Shown: positions 1 to 11,150, counted from the first letter of the stretch. The stretch: 32,000 bases of DNA from Halomicronema hongdechloris C2206 (GCF_002075285.3 NZ_CP021983.2:30001-62000); one strand, 5' to 3'. The notes: generated by a model not told the origin, from the letters alone. Translations and numbers: made by a program.

Positions 1-260
1 ATGCGCTGGATGTAGGGCCAGCCTCCATGGACTTCAATATCCCGTAGGAAGGCATACAGACGTTGGCGATTAGTGGGTAAAGCCTCTCGAAATAGAGTAT
101 CCCGAATATCCCGGTGAAGCCCCTCTAATAGCCGTAGAAGTTGCAGCAGGGCGAGACTATCTCCTCGGTGAGCCGCTGCAGTTTTTTCGACTTGCTCAAC
201 AATTTGTTGCAAATCAGCAGGTAGGGCGTGATCGAGGTTGAACTGGAGACGATCGCTCAT
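1..260 (-). CDS. conserved hypothetical protein, 5' part only (runs off window edge)
   Basis: Not in the ORF track. Manual minus-strand translation from ATG at 258-260 gives 86 codons with no stop (MSDRLQFNLDHALPADLQQIVEQVEKTAAAHRGDSLALLQLLRLLEGLHRDIRDTLFREALPTNRQRLYAFLRDIEVHGGWPYIQR...). The ATG overlaps the TGA of the upstream ORF (ATGA). Confidence 0.5.
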   Translation of the reverse strand, partial: MSDRLQFNLDHALPADLQQIVEQVEKTAAAHRGDSLALLQLLRLLEGLHRDIRDTLFREALPTNRQRLYAFLRDIEVHGGWPYIQR

Positions 261-586
261 GGCTTGGGATTAGCTCCCTCAGTACTTCTCAACTTTACTG
301 GCATAGCCCCAGTTGGAGCCCCGTCAATGCTTAGCATCATCAGGGCTTTACAGTTGGCATTAGCCCTTGATCTTGCTAGTGCAAGTTCTATTGTGGCCCG
401 ATAGATTAGGCATTGTCCGCCAACGACGGGCCGGGAATTGAAACGCTGAGATGGGAGAGCCAGGCTGGAGCAACCGGAATAGACAGCCCGAATAGTCACA
501 ACGCCATGTAGAATGCTTACTTGAGGCTCTGTCAAGTCTTCATCCATTTTGGTAAGAGGAGGGTTGTTGAAGTCAACTTCAACCAT
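257..586 (-). CDS. hypothetical protein (109 aa)
   Basis: Track ORF with an ATG start. Its stop overlaps the start of the next minus-strand ORF by 4 nt (ATGA), which suggests translational coupling. I recognise no family motif. Confidence 0.45.
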   Translation of the reverse strand: MVEVDFNNPPLTKMDEDLTEPQVSILHGVVTIRAVYSGCSSLALPSQRFNSRPVVGGQCLIYRATIELALARSRANANCKALMMLSIDGAPTGAMPVKLRSTEGANPKP

Positions 587-900
587 GCTTTAGAGACTGT
601 CTCGAGGATCTGCCCTCGACAGTTGTCCCTGGCGGAAGCTAGGTCGATAGTCCATTAACTGCATTTGGGTAAGTTCAGGTCAAGGGTGTTTACGAAGGTA
701 CTCAGCCATAGCCTAGTCTCAGCATAAACTCAGATTATGCCAGCCTTAGCGGCTGCTGGATTTATGTTAGGTCATGGCATGGTGTCTTCTCCATTCTCAC
801 TCGAAGCCAGGCTTACCCCTTCACCGCATGTCAGAGCCATATTTCCATTGATTGAATACCTACGCTGACAGAGATTTTTTATATCGATTTGAGGTTGACC

Positions 901-1734
901 ATGAGGTATCGTGCCCTATTAGTTGCGTTCTTGGCTCTCTGCCTGAGTGTCTTGACGGCTTGCAGCGAAGGCCCGGTCGCAACGAGTGATGCTCCCCTGA
1001 CCTACGATCAGATCAAGGACACGGGGCTGGCGAATAAATGTCCCCAGATTTCGTCCACCCGTCGTGGTGATATCCCCCTTGAGCAGGATCGGTCCTACAA
1101 AATTGTAGACATGTGCCTGGAACCCACTAGCTATTTCATCAAGGAGGAGCCCACCAGTAAGCGTAAGGAAGCGGAGTTTATTCCTGGTAAGATCCTGACT
1201 CGCAAGACGTCGAGTCTAGACCAGGTATTTGGCGATCTGGTGAAAGAAGATGATGATAGTCTCACCTTCTATGAGAAGGGCGGCTTCGATTTCCAGGCAA
1301 CGACTGTACAACTACCTGGTGGTGAGCAAGAGCCCTTCCTGTTTACAGTGAAGGGACTGGTGGCGCACTCTCAGCCAGGATTGGCAGCCGTCACGACTTC
1401 TACCGACTTAGAGGGTGATTATCGGGTACCGTCCTACCGCACCTCTAATTTCCTCGATCCCAGAGGTCGTGGTCTGGCCACTGGCTATGACGCAGCAGTA
1501 GGACTTCCGGCCCGCAGTGACAGTGAAGAACTGCGTCGAGAAAACACCAAAGCCTTCGACGTAGGGCAAGGTCATATCTCCCTACAGATTTCTCAGATAG
1601 ATGGCTACACCGGTGAAATCGCCGGCACCTTCGAGGCACTACAGCCCTCTGACACTGATCTGGGAGCCGATGAGCCGGTTGATGTAAAGATTCAAGGATT
1701 CTTCTATGGCCGGGTGGAGTCATCGGAAGCCTAG
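901..1734 (+). CDS. psbO: photosystem II manganese-stabilising protein PsbO
   Basis: The translation has a signal peptide plus LTAC lipobox-like cleavage region. Characteristic PsbO stretches are present (LTYDQIKDTGLANKCP, FQATTVQLPGGEQEPFLFTVKGLVA, VPSYRTSNFLDPRGRG, GEIAGTFEALQPSDTDLGA, VKIQGFFYGRVE). I start it at ATG 901 rather than the track's TTG at 889. Confidence 0.95.
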   Translation: MRYRALLVAFLALCLSVLTACSEGPVATSDAPLTYDQIKDTGLANKCPQISSTRRGDIPLEQDRSYKIVDMCLEPTSYFIKEEPTSKRKEAEFIPGKILTRKTSSLDQVFGDLVKEDDDSLTFYEKGGFDFQATTVQLPGGEQEPFLFTVKGLVAHSQPGLAAVTTSTDLEGDYRVPSYRTSNFLDPRGRGLATGYDAAVGLPARSDSEELRRENTKAFDVGQGHISLQISQIDGYTGEIAGTFEALQPSDTDLGADEPVDVKIQGFFYGRVESSEA

Positions 1735-1790
1735 TATCTGCGGGAGAGTATTCTCTGAATCGACTTGATTTCGGTTTAGATTATGGCAAC

Positions 1791-1822
1791 GGGGGAGCAT
1801 TGCTCCCCCATTTTTGTCTTTT
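1791..1822 (+). terminator. rho-independent terminator of psbO
   Basis: GGGGGAG-cattg-CTCCCCC hairpin at 1791-1809, followed by ATTTTTGTCTTTT. Confidence 0.8.
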
Positions 1823-1929
1823 GCCAGAGTTCCTAGCTCCCGTTCCTCTCATTACAATTAGTTAAAGACTCCACATCATCCCCAAGTCGCTGTCGTTGGG
1901 GCTGTTTCGGCTGCGCTGTTGGCAAATCT

Positions 1930-4900
1930 ATGGCTTTCTCTTCCATTACTCGCGCCTTGGGGCGTTCCCCGTTAACTGCTGATCTCCTCGATAAGCTGCA
2001 ACGGCAGTCCTGGCTCAGATTGACTGGAGCAGCTCGACTGCCGCGGGGATTAGTGGTATCGGCTCTAGCCCAGAGCCGCTCCAGCCCTTTACTAGTGATG
2101 ACGGCCACCCTGGAAGAGGCGGGGCGCTGGTCTGCCCAGTTAGAAGCCATGGGATGGACGACAGTGCATTTCTATCCCACCTCTGAGGCCTCTCCCTATG
2201 AGCCCTTCGATCAAGAGTCGGAGATGACTTGGGGGCAGTTGCAGGTGTTAGCCGATTTACTGCGACGGCCGACGACAGTAACAGATCCCATTGCCCTGGT
2301 GGCTACGGAGCGAGCGCTACAGCCCCATCTCCCGCCGGTGGAGGTCCTGCGCACCTACTGCTTGACCTTGGCAGCAGGGCAGGAGCTGAATCTAAAGCAG
2401 TTGAGTCAACACCTAGCTCGATTGGGCTATGACAAGGTGTCTACGGTAGAGATGGAAGGACAATGGGCTCGCCGGGGAGACATTGTTGATGTATTTCCGG
2501 TGGCTTCGGAGTTACCGGTGCGCCTGGAACTGTTTGGCGATGACCTGGAAAGACTGCGAGAGTTTGATCCAGCCAGCCAACGATCTCTGGATGCAGTGTC
2601 TCAGGTGGTACTGACACCGACAGACTATGCTCCCATTATCCTGGATGGGTTAGAGCAGCAGGGGAAGGTAACTGCTGTGCTCTCATCGGCCGAGCAAGAT
2701 GCCCTGGCCCAAGGACAACGACCTGAGGGATTGCGACGATGGCTGGGGTTGGCCTTTCCTAGGGTGGCGTCGCTGCTGGATTATGTGCCTGAGAATACGG
2801 TCATTGCCCTGGATGAGCCAGATCAGTGTCGCGCTCACGGAGAGCAGTGGCTGGAACATGTGGAGGAACACTGGCAAGATCTAGACCAGGCGGCTAGACC
2901 CCTGTCTCCGCCAAGACTCCACCGTTGCTTCGATAATGTCTTGGCGGATCTAGAGATTTTCCCGCATCTCTACCTGTCAGAGATCGCTGAAGAGGGCCAT
3001 GGCTTTAACCTGGCGAGTCGACCGGTACCGGCCATTCCCCATCAATTTGGCAAGTTGGCGGAGACGATTCGGCAACAACGCGATCGCACCTTTGCCATCT
3101 GGCTCCTATCGGCTCAACCCTCGCGCTCTGTTTCCCTACTGCAGGAGCACGATTGTCCGGCTCAGTTTATTCCCAATCCCCGCGACTATGGGGCCATCGA
3201 CAAACTCCAGGGCCAACATACCCCTGTCGCCGTGAAGTATTCTGGCTTGGCCGAGGTAGAAGGCTTCATCCTGCCTACCTTTCGGATGGTGGTAGTCACC
3301 GACCGAGAATTCTTTGGTCAACACACCCTGGCCACCCCAGGCTATGTGCGCAAGCGACGGCGGGCCGCCTCGAAGCAGGTGGATCCCAACAAGATGAAGC
3401 CGGGGGACTATGTGGTCCACCGCAGCCATGGCATCGGTCGCTTTCTACGGCTAGAGAGTTTGACTGTCAGCCAGGAAACCCGCGAATACCTGGTGATTCA
3501 ATACGCCGACGGCTTGCTACGAGTGGCCGCTGATCAAGTCGGCGCCCTCTCTCGCTACCGGGCCACGAGTGAAGGCGCCCCCACCCTGAACAAGATGTCG
3601 GGCAAAGCCTGGGAGAAGACCAAGGGTAAGGCCCGCAAGGCAATTAAGAAGGTGGCGGTCGACCTACTGAAGCTCTATGCCCAACGAGCCAAACTGGAAG
3701 GGGTGGCTTATCCGGCAGATATGCCTTGGCAGGAGGAATTGGAAGATTCCTTTCCCTACCAGCCGACTCCGGATCAGCTCAAGGCGGTGCAGGATGTGAA
3801 GCGGGACATGGAGAGCCCTCGTCCCATGGATCGACTGGTATGTGGGGATGTGGGCTTCGGCAAGACCGAGGTGGCCCTGCGAGCCATCTTCAAGGCGGTG
3901 ACGGCCCATCGGCAAGTGGCTCTGCTGGCGCCCACGACGATTCTGACCCAACAGCATTACCACACCCTGAAGGAACGGTTTGCCCCCTATCCGATCCAGG
4001 TGAGACTGCTGAACCGCTTTCGCACCGCCGAAGAAAAGAAAGCCATCTTAGCGCGTCTAGCCACGGGGGAACTCGATGTGGTGGTGGGTACCCACCAGTT
4101 GTTGGGGAAAGGAGTCAAGTTCAAGGACTTGGGCTTGTTGGTGGTAGATGAGGAACAGCGTTTCGGCGTCAACCAAAAGGAAAAGATCAAGACCCTTAAA
4201 GCTCAGGTGGATGTGCTTACTCTTAGCGCCACCCCGATCCCCCGCACCCTCTATATGGCTCTGTCTGGGGTGCGGGAGATGAGCCTGATTACTACCCCAC
4301 CGCCGTCTCGGCGTCCGATTAAGACCCATCTTGCTCCCTATGACCCGGAGGCGGTGCGGGCCGCCATTCGCCAGGAGCTAGACCGGGGCGGACAAGTCTT
4401 CTATGTTGTCCCCCGGGTAGAGGGCATCGAGGAGATTCTGGAGCGGTTGCGGCAGTGGGTGCCAGGGGCGCGGCTGACCCTAGCCCATGGGCAGATGCCG
4501 GAGGGGGAATTGGAATCCACCATGCTCAGCTTTAGCAATGGGGAGGCCGATATCCTGGTGTGTACCACTATCATCGAGTCGGGGCTGGATATTCCTCGGG
4601 TGAATACGATCCTAGTGGAAGATGCCCACCGCTTCGGCCTGTCCCAGCTGTACCAGCTGCGGGGGCGAGTAGGGCGAGCCGGGATTCAGGCCCATGCTTG
4701 GTTGTTCTATCCCCGGCAACAGGCCCTGACGGAGAAGGCACGACGGCGGCTACGGGCAATTCAGGAATTTACCCAGTTGGGATCGGGCTATCAATTGGCC
4801 CTGCGAGACATGGAAATTCGGGGGGTCGGCAATTTATTGGGGGCAGAGCAGTCGGGTCAGATGGATGCCATTGGCTTTGATCTGTATACCGATATGCTGG

Positions 4901-5409
4901 AGGAGGCCTTTGCTGAGATTCGGGGTCAGGAAATTCCTCAGGTGGAGGATACTCAGGTGGATCTGCCGGTGACGGCCTTTATCCCCAGTAACTATATTCC
5001 GGAGCTGGAGCAGAAGATGAGTGCCTATCGCTCCTTGGCGGCAGCTAGCAGTCAGGTGGAGTTGACCCAACTGGTGGCAGACTTGAGTGATCGCTATGGG
5101 CCAATTCCCCACGCCACAGAACAGTTAATTCGGGTGCTAGCGTTGAAGCAGATTGCTAAGAGTTTGGGCTTTGCCCGGATTAAGCCGGAAGGCAAACAAC
5201 ATGTGGTGATGGAAACGCCGATGGAGGAACCGGCTTGGAAGCGACTGCAGGAAGGCTTGCCTAGCCATCTAAGGCCCCGCTTTGTCTATGCCCCGGGCAA
5301 GGTGATCGTGCGGGGACTAGGGGTGCTGAAACCGGATAAGCAGCTGGAGAATCTCACTACCTGGCTGACGGGGATGCAGGGAGCATTACCGACCTCAACC
5401 CCAGGCTAG
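1930..5409 (+). CDS. mfd: transcription-repair coupling factor Mfd
   Basis: 1159 aa. It has an SF2 helicase core ([11 protein letters not shown] Walker A, DEEQRFG box, QLRGRVGR), a CarD/TRCF-like RNAP-interaction segment ([14 protein letters not shown]) and a UvrB-homology N-terminus. Confidence 0.95.
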   Translation: MAFSSITRALGRSPLTADLLDKLQRQSWLRLTGAARLPRGLVVSALAQSRSSPLLVMTATLEEAGRWSAQLEAMGWTTVHFYPTSEASPYEPFDQESEMTWGQLQVLADLLRRPTTVTDPIALVATERALQPHLPPVEVLRTYCLTLAAGQELNLKQLSQHLARLGYDKVSTVEMEGQWARRGDIVDVFPVASELPVRLELFGDDLERLREFDPASQRSLDAVSQVVLTPTDYAPIILDGLEQQGKVTAVLSSAEQDALAQGQRPEGLRRWLGLAFPRVASLLDYVPENTVIALDEPDQCRAHGEQWLEHVEEHWQDLDQAARPLSPPRLHRCFDNVLADLEIFPHLYLSEIAEEGHGFNLASRPVPAIPHQFGKLAETIRQQRDRTFAIWLLSAQPSRSVSLLQEHDCPAQFIPNPRDYGAIDKLQGQHTPVAVKYSGLAEVEGFILPTFRMVVVTDREFFGQHTLATPGYVRKRRRAASKQVDPNKMKPGDYVVHRSHGIGRFLRLESLTVSQETREYLVIQYADGLLRVAADQVGALSRYRATSEGAPTLNKMSGKAWEKTKGKARKAIKKVAVDLLKLYAQRAKLEGVAYPADMPWQEELEDSFPYQPTPDQLKAVQDVKRDMESPRPMDRLVCGDVGFGKTEVALRAIFKAVTAHRQVALLAPTTILTQQHYHTLKERFAPYPIQVRLLNRFRTAEEKKAILARLATGELDVVVGTHQLLGKGVKFKDLGLLVVDEEQRFGVNQKEKIKTLKAQVDVLTLSATPIPRTLYMALSGVREMSLITTPPPSRRPIKTHLAPYDPEAVRAAIRQELDRGGQVFYVVPRVEGIEEILERLRQWVPGARLTLAHGQMPEGELESTMLSFSNGEADILVCTTIIESGLDIPRVNTILVEDAHRFGLSQLYQLRGRVGRAGIQAHAWLFYPRQQALTEKARRRLRAIQEFTQLGSGYQLALRDMEIRGVGNLLGAEQSGQMDAIGFDLYTDMLEEAFAEIRGQEIPQVEDTQVDLPVTAFIPSNYIPELEQKMSAYRSLAAASSQVELTQLVADLSDRYGPIPHATEQLIRVLALKQIAKSLGFARIKPEGKQHVVMETPMEEPAWKRLQEGLPSHLRPRFVYAPGKVIVRGLGVLKPDKQLENLTTWLTGMQGALPTSTPG

Positions 5410-5464
5410 CCATCTAGCCTTTGCCGCTGACGGTATGATGGCTCTGTTGTTCTAGTGACCAGTG

Positions 5465-5809
5465 ATGACGTTACCGTTTGACTCCATTGATGTGGACGCT
5501 CTGGCCCGGCGTTTACCGTCTGAGGCTGAAACCTTGCAGTTGATCGATGTGCGGGAACCTGATGAAGTTGCGATCGCATCTCTGCCGGGCTTCCAGGTAC
5601 TGCCCCTGAGCCAATACCAGGACTGGGCCGCCCAGATCCACCAACGCTTTGAGACCGAGCGAGAAACCATTGTCATGTGTCACCACGGCACGCGCTCTGC
5701 TCGCATGTGCCAGTGGCTCGTGCAGCAGGGCTTTACCAACGTGAAAAATCTTAGTGGCGGCATCGATGCCTACGCCTGTCAGGTCGATCCATCGATACCT
5801 CGCTATTGA
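5465..5809 (+). CDS. rhodanese-domain sulfurtransferase (single domain)
   Basis: About 114 aa with the active-site loop CHHGTRS and LSGGIDAY typical of rhodanese domains. ATG 5465 lies one codon after the GTG at 5462. Confidence 0.8.
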   Translation: MTLPFDSIDVDALARRLPSEAETLQLIDVREPDEVAIASLPGFQVLPLSQYQDWAAQIHQRFETERETIVMCHHGTRSARMCQWLVQQGFTNVKNLSGGIDAYACQVDPSIPRY

Positions 5810-5847
5810 GTCCCTCCTGAAGACAACCAAAGATCACTCCCTAGTTT

Positions 5848-6105
5848 GGGCGTAACAGCCATTCCCAGCACCTGCAGTTGACCATGCAGGCATCGCCGTA
5901 CTGTCCACTACATCACTTTCCCACTGGCTCGATCCCCTTGGTTTAGTTTTCCGAGAAACGCACCCGTGCTGGAATTCATCACCCTCACATCTATGCCAGC
6001 TATTTCACCGCCGGGTATTTGCCCAGCCGCACCACCGTCGGCGTGACCGCCCTAGCTGGCTATGGCGACGTTGAGATCGATCTGATTGCCTACTGCGGCA
6101 CCTGA
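5848..6105 (+). pseudogene. decayed RidA/YjgF-family (reactive intermediate deaminase) gene remnant
   Basis: The frame ending at TGA 6103-6105 reads [52 protein letters not shown]. This matches the RidA C-terminal signature (Y..YF....P.R..V.V..L.....VEI..IA). It is preceded by an in-frame TAG at 5944-5946 and has no start codon. Upstream similarity (..HAGIAVLSTTSLSHWLD..) sits in another frame. There is no room for the N-terminal third after the rhodanese stop. Confidence 0.55.
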
Positions 6106-7991
6106 GCCATCGCTGGCCCAGCAACTGTCACCGCGGTCGTATCAGGAGGCTGCACCCGTTGTAAAAACTGCTTCAAAGCCTCACCCTCAATCACCTCATC
6201 GGCCAGCAGCGTTTCAGCCACCGTCTCCAGCAAAGCATGATTGGCCTGCAAGATCGCCAAGGCCTGCTGATGTCCCTGCTCCACCAGCCCCTTGACTTCG
6301 GCATCAATCGCCTTGGCCGTCTCATTACTCACCGCACGACGAACATTAGCCAACCCATCCTCCAGAAACTGACCCCGTTGGCTGCGATCATAGGCCAGAG
6401 GTCCCAGCACCTTACTCATGCCAAAGCTGGTCACCATCTGTTCCGCTAGATCTGTAGCCCGTTTGAGATCATTAGCAGCCCCCGTCGTTACCCTGCCGAA
6501 TACCAATTCCTCAGCTGAGCGACCTCCCAACAAGGTGGCAATTTGCCCTCTCAGCTCCATCTCATCCCGCAGAAAGCGCTCCTCCGTCGGCAACTGTAAC
6601 GTGTAGCCTAGAGCCGCCATGCCCCGCGGCACGATCGAAATCTTTTCTACCCGGTCAGTGCCCGGCATCACCGCCCCTACCAACGCGTGACCCACCTCGT
6701 GATAGGCTACGATCCGCTTTTCTCGATCGCTCAGCGCCCGGCTCTTCTTCTCCAACCCCGCGATTACCCGTTCAATGGCCTCGTCAAAGTCAGACTGGGT
6801 CACTGCTGTGTGCCCATGGCGGGCTGCCAACAGGGCCGCCTCATTCACTAAATTGGCCAAATCGGCTCCAGCAAACCCAGGGGTGCGCATGGCAACGGTT
6901 CTCAGCTCGACATCCTCCGCCAGTCTCACCCCCTGAGCATGAATGTGTAGAATCGCTTCTCGCCCTCTCAAATCAGGCCGATCTACCAACACCTGACGGT
7001 CAAAGCGCCCTGGTCGCAGCAACGCTGGATCTAGGCTCTCGGGCCGGTTCGTAGCTGCCAGCACGATAACTGTCGTCTCACTGGCATTAAATCCATCCAT
7101 TTCCGTCAAGAGCTGGTTCAGCGTCTGCTCCCGCTCATCGTTCCCCCCATAGAAACCGCCAGTGCTACGCGACTTACCGATGGCATCCAACTCGTCGATG
7201 AAAATAATACAGGGAGACTGCTTCTTAGCCTGCTCAAATAGATCTCGAACCCGCGACGAACCAACCCCCACAAACATCTCCACAAATTCTGAGCCAGAAA
7301 TACTGAAGAAAGGGACCCCAGCCTCTCCAGCCACAGCCTTAGCCAATAGAGTCTTTCCCGTCCCTGGGGGCCCCACCAACAATACTCCCTTGGGAATGCG
7401 TGCCCCCAACTGAGTAAATCGCCCTGGCGTCTTGAGAAAGTCGACAATTTCCACCAACTCCGCCTTGGCCTCGTCGACTCCAGCCACATCATCAAATGTT
7501 ATCTTGGCCGTTTCCCCTTCCACGTACACTCGGGCCCGGCTTTTGCCGATAGACAATGCCCCCTGAGTACCACCTCCTCTGGCCAAGAATAGGCGCCAGA
7601 CCGCCACGAAGATCAATGGGGGAATAATCCAGCCCAGCAAGTTGGTAAACCATTGATTCTTAGGAGGAGGCACCGCCGCAAATTCAACCCCATTCTCTTC
7701 GAGTAAATTAGGCAATTGCAGATCAAAAATCGGGGTAGTGGCGTAGACCTCGCCGGGGTTGCCCTGGTCATCGCGCACCTGATAGCGAATCTCATCTTGA
7801 CCCACCGATGCCCGCAGCACCTCATGGTCCTGCACCCGGTGGATAAACATGCTATAGGGTTCCCGAGGAATCTGAGTGCTGAAATTACTCGGCAAGAACA
7901 ATGACAGGACTAACAAACCACTCAACACGATAAATACGATATTGAGGATTTGGCGCGTCCGCGGTGGTTGGGGATCCTTCTTAACAGCCAT
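6090..7991 (-). CDS. ftsH: ATP-dependent zinc metalloprotease FtsH
   Basis: 633 aa with an N-terminal TM segment, AAA+ Walker A GPPGTGKT, Walker B IIFIDELD, second region of homology, and the HEVGHAL zinc motif. Confidence 0.95.
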   Translation of the reverse strand: MAVKKDPQPPRTRQILNIVFIVLSGLLVLSLFLPSNFSTQIPREPYSMFIHRVQDHEVLRASVGQDEIRYQVRDDQGNPGEVYATTPIFDLQLPNLLEENGVEFAAVPPPKNQWFTNLLGWIIPPLIFVAVWRLFLARGGGTQGALSIGKSRARVYVEGETAKITFDDVAGVDEAKAELVEIVDFLKTPGRFTQLGARIPKGVLLVGPPGTGKTLLAKAVAGEAGVPFFSISGSEFVEMFVGVGSSRVRDLFEQAKKQSPCIIFIDELDAIGKSRSTGGFYGGNDEREQTLNQLLTEMDGFNASETTVIVLAATNRPESLDPALLRPGRFDRQVLVDRPDLRGREAILHIHAQGVRLAEDVELRTVAMRTPGFAGADLANLVNEAALLAARHGHTAVTQSDFDEAIERVIAGLEKKSRALSDREKRIVAYHEVGHALVGAVMPGTDRVEKISIVPRGMAALGYTLQLPTEERFLRDEMELRGQIATLLGGRSAEELVFGRVTTGAANDLKRATDLAEQMVTSFGMSKVLGPLAYDRSQRGQFLEDGLANVRRAVSNETAKAIDAEVKGLVEQGHQQALAILQANHALLETVAETLLADEVIEGEALKQFLQRVQPPDTTAVTVAGPAMAQVPQ

Positions 7992-8003
7992 AGCCCTACT
8001 CCA

Positions 8004-8291
8004 CTAATTCTCACGGGCAGTCACATCAATCACTGGTCCGTCTGACTTCTCCTGAGGCCTGGTCTGGGTGGAGCGCCCAAGCCAGTCCATAGCCATCTGG
8101 GAGAGTTCACTGACCAATAGAGTTATGAGCAAACCATCATCAATCCAGCCCACAATAGGGATGATATCTGGGGCAATATCAATCGGGCTCAGCAGGTACA
8201 GCACAGTGCCTACAATTAAGAGCCAGCGAAATCTACTGTTTCGCAGCACCTGGCGATACCAGGTATAAAAGGACTGGATGGGGGATCGCAT
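8004..8291 (-). CDS. DUF1232/YkvA-family small membrane protein
   Basis: 95 aa with YLLSPIDIAPDIIPIVGWIDDGLL, the hallmark DUF1232 motif. Confidence 0.7.
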   Translation of the reverse strand: MRSPIQSFYTWYRQVLRNSRFRWLLIVGTVLYLLSPIDIAPDIIPIVGWIDDGLLITLLVSELSQMAMDWLGRSTQTRPQEKSDGPVIDVTAREN

Positions 8292-8417
8292 AATACAGCT
8301 GGATTGACGACTACTTCCCTATAGTGCCAAGGGATGTGGCCGGGGTGAGGGGTGAGATCCCTCCTTACCGAAGGGCGGATCTCCGCCGATGATGTTGCTT
8401 TCGGGATTGATCTGGCC

Positions 8418-9995
8418 ATGACCACAGTGCTCTCCCTAGGTAAACTCCTGACATCCTATGGGCTCACTCCTGGCCGGGGCTGGTTGTTGGCAGCCCTAGG
8501 GGGCGTTCTTATGGCCATGGCTCCCGCTCCCTTGGGGCTATGGCCCCTAGCCTGGCTGGCATTAGTTCCTCTGTGGCGACTGCTCGCCCAACCGCAGACA
8601 ACCTATGGCCGCGCCCTGCGGTACGGGAGCATTTGGGGGATGGCCTACAATGGTATTGCCCTGGCCTGGATTACTCATCTTCATCCCCTGACCTGGATGG
8701 GAGTTCCTTGGTTAGGCAGTCTAGGCATTGCGCTATTTGCCTGGGGAGCAATTGTTCTCTGGGGAGCAATTCTGGTCATGGTCTGGTCCCTGGCCATGGT
8801 TTGGTGTCATCGCTACTACCCTACTGTCACCCGACTGCTACTGGGCGTAGGGCTATGGTGTCTTCTAGAGAGCCTCTGGTCAGCGAGTCCCCTCACTTGG
8901 ACATCGCTATCGTTTACTCAGAGCCCTGGTAATCTCTGGATCTTGCACCTAGGGCGGTTGTCCGGTCAGTTTACCGTCACCGCTGTCATCGTGGCAGTTA
9001 ACGGTTGCTTGGCAGAGATCTGGCACCAGCAGCGGAACCGTCGCCATGTCCTGGGCCTAGCTGTCCTAGCACTGCTTATCGGCAGCCATGCCATCGGCTG
9101 GGGACTCTATCGTCAACCCCTGGCTGATACCGCTCACAATGCCATCGAAGTTGGCATTATTCAAGGCAACGTGCCAACTCGAATTAAGCTCACCCCAGCT
9201 GGGGTTCGCCTGGCACTGAGACGCTATGCCGAGGGGTATCGCACTCTTGCGACTGCTGGGGTAGATGCAGTGCTCACCCCAGAAGGGGCACTTCCCTTTG
9301 CTTGGGGAACTGACTTTTCCCAGCGCACCGATCTCTATCAAGCTGTACGGCAGCTCAAGGTGCCGCTCTGGCTAGGAGCCTTTGGTCCGGTGGCCGACGA
9401 GCATCTGGCCCAGAGCCTGCTAACCATCACCGGAGATGGTCAGGTCACGGGTCGCTACGACAAGGTGAAGTTGGTACCTCTGGGTGAATACATTCCCCTG
9501 GAATCCATACTCAGCCAGCTGATTAATCGACTGTCGCCTCTCGAGAGTTATCTGGTACCAGGTTCCCCAGATCAACGCTTCCAGACTCCCTTTGGCCCTG
9601 CCATCGTCGGTATTTGTTACGAATCAGTCTACGGCCACCAATTTCGGCGCCAGGCGGTTCAAGGGGGACGATTTATTCTCACTGCCTCCAACAATGATCC
9701 CTATCCCTCTGGGATGATGGCTCAGCACCATGCTCAGGATCTGATGCGAGCCATAGAGACGGATCGCTGGGCTGCCCGCGCCACCAATACAGGCTTATCT
9801 GGGGTGGTGGATCCCCATGGTCATACCCTCTGGCTTTCCCAGCCGAATACTTATACGGTTCACCGGCATACCATCTACCAACGCCAGACCCGTACTCTCT
9901 ATGTGCGCTGGGGTAATTGGTTAACACTAGGGTTAATAGGACTAGCAGGAATTAGCTTGATTTGGCCGCAGCGGAATTCCTCAGCTACTTCTTAG
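8418..9995 (+). CDS. lnt: apolipoprotein N-acyltransferase
   Basis: It has a multi-TM N-terminal half and a C-terminal nitrilase/CN-hydrolase domain (..LTPEGALPF.., YDKVKLVPLGEYIP, ICYESVY with the catalytic Cys). The track ORF starts at GTG 8352. I prefer the in-frame ATG at 8418, but the start is uncertain. Confidence 0.85.
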   Translation: MTTVLSLGKLLTSYGLTPGRGWLLAALGGVLMAMAPAPLGLWPLAWLALVPLWRLLAQPQTTYGRALRYGSIWGMAYNGIALAWITHLHPLTWMGVPWLGSLGIALFAWGAIVLWGAILVMVWSLAMVWCHRYYPTVTRLLLGVGLWCLLESLWSASPLTWTSLSFTQSPGNLWILHLGRLSGQFTVTAVIVAVNGCLAEIWHQQRNRRHVLGLAVLALLIGSHAIGWGLYRQPLADTAHNAIEVGIIQGNVPTRIKLTPAGVRLALRRYAEGYRTLATAGVDAVLTPEGALPFAWGTDFSQRTDLYQAVRQLKVPLWLGAFGPVADEHLAQSLLTITGDGQVTGRYDKVKLVPLGEYIPLESILSQLINRLSPLESYLVPGSPDQRFQTPFGPAIVGICYESVYGHQFRRQAVQGGRFILTASNNDPYPSGMMAQHHAQDLMRAIETDRWAARATNTGLSGVVDPHGHTLWLSQPNTYTVHRHTIYQRQTRTLYVRWGNWLTLGLIGLAGISLIWPQRNSSATS

Positions 9996-10011
9996 AGACT
10001 CCCGAACCTAG

Positions 10012-10135
10012 CTGAGAGGATATTTGGAAAGTACCCTGCAACCTTGCTCCAGACTGGATTCTGGCCAACAGAGTCGTACGCTCTAAAACGCTTGCCCTGC
10101 AGGGCTTTCAGCCGAGTTTTCAAATATCCTCTGAG
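10012..10135. repeat. 124-bp imperfect inverted-repeat (MITE-like or long hairpin) element downstream of lnt
   Basis: The terminal arm ctgagaggatatttg (10012-10026) matches the reverse complement of caaatatcctctgag (10121-10135) at 14 of 15 positions. Inner arms gaaagtaccctgca and tgcagggctttc also pair. Confidence 0.5.
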
Positions 10136-10422
10136 GTTGTCCAAGGGCTAATCAACGATAACCGTGGTGACGGCTAGGTGTTTTCTGATCAGAATCGGTA
10201 TAGTAGATAAACGTAGATGGCCGCATCAAGATAGTTGAGTGCAGTGTTGGCCAGATAGCTGAAGACAGTCATTTGGCGCTAAAGCTAGAGAGCTATCTGG
10301 CGCACAACTGCCCCCAATTTCATGGCATTTGCTAGAGACCTGTAGATGATCGTCAGTCGCTAATCGTCTCTCTAAGTTTAAATCAGGGTGCTCAGCCTGC
10401 GGGTTAGCAACTAATAACATTG

Positions 10423-10713
10423 ATGACGAGCACCATGTATGCCTTTGCCAGCGAGCACACCCTCCATTATCAGATTACAAACGACACCAGCGGATATCGA
10501 CTGAGTCTATGGGAAATGGCAGCCCATCCCGAGGGACGCCCAAAACCCTATCTCTATCGGATTAATTACAGTCTGGCCTCCTGGGAAGAGGCTCAAGCCT
10601 TATTAAGGCAACATCTTGCCCTGAATGGTATGGACTGCGTCAGCGACCTAACCCTGCCTCGTCAGGGCAAGGTACGGATCTTGCCTCATCCAACCTGGAG
10701 CCTAGAGGCCTAA
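10423..10713 (+). CDS. hypothetical protein (about 96 aa)
   Basis: Track ORF, started here at ATG 10423. I recognise no motif. It sits alone between lnt and ssb. Confidence 0.35.
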   Translation: MTSTMYAFASEHTLHYQITNDTSGYRLSLWEMAAHPEGRPKPYLYRINYSLASWEEAQALLRQHLALNGMDCVSDLTLPRQGKVRILPHPTWSLEA

Positions 10714-10781
10714 CAATAACTGGGTGACGCCACTAAAGTTAGCTGGATTGCTCTCTGCCGATAGACCTAGGTGAGCTGTGT

Positions 10782-11150
10782 TTAGAATTCGTCGTCGCTA
10801 TAGTTGTAGCTATTAGCAGCAGTCTCGTTGTCCCGCCGAGAGCCTAACAGGTCTAGCCGATCCACGCGAACCACAGGTCGCGAGCGTGGTACACCAGTCG
10901 TTCGATCTTGCCAGTGGTCAAACTTTAAGGAACCATTGACGCCAATTAAGCTGCCCTTACGGATATAATTAGCGGCGATTTCGGCGTCACGACCCCAGAG
11001 TTCCAAGTTAAACCAATCAGGTTGATCACTGTTACGGGAGCGGCGGCGTACCGCTAAGGTCAAATTGCAGACGACATTGCCCGACTCGAAATATTTCACA
11101 TCGGGATCTCTGCCAGCGCGACCGACCAGGGTAACGACATTAATACTCAT
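10782..11150 (-). CDS. ssb: single-stranded DNA-binding protein
   Basis: MSINVVTLVGRAGRDPDVKYFESGNVVCNLTLAV...WFNLELWGRDAEIAANYIRKGSLIGVNGSLKFDHW is a typical OB-fold SSB, with an acidic tail ending in DDEF. I start it at ATG 11148-11150. The track's 77-aa N-terminal extension runs through a tandem repeat and looks spurious. Confidence 0.9.
   Translation of the reverse strand: MSINVVTLVGRAGRDPDVKYFESGNVVCNLTLAVRRRSRNSDQPDWFNLELWGRDAEIAANYIRKGSLIGVNGSLKFDHWQDRTTGVPRSRPVVRVDRLDLLGSRRDNETAANSYNYSDDEF

Noticed and set aside
6086-6295. A Pro-rich 69-aa plus-strand ORF at the ftsH 3' end.
   Set aside because: It is antisense to the well-supported FtsH C-terminus. The only real plus-strand signal nearby is the RidA remnant, which is in a different frame.
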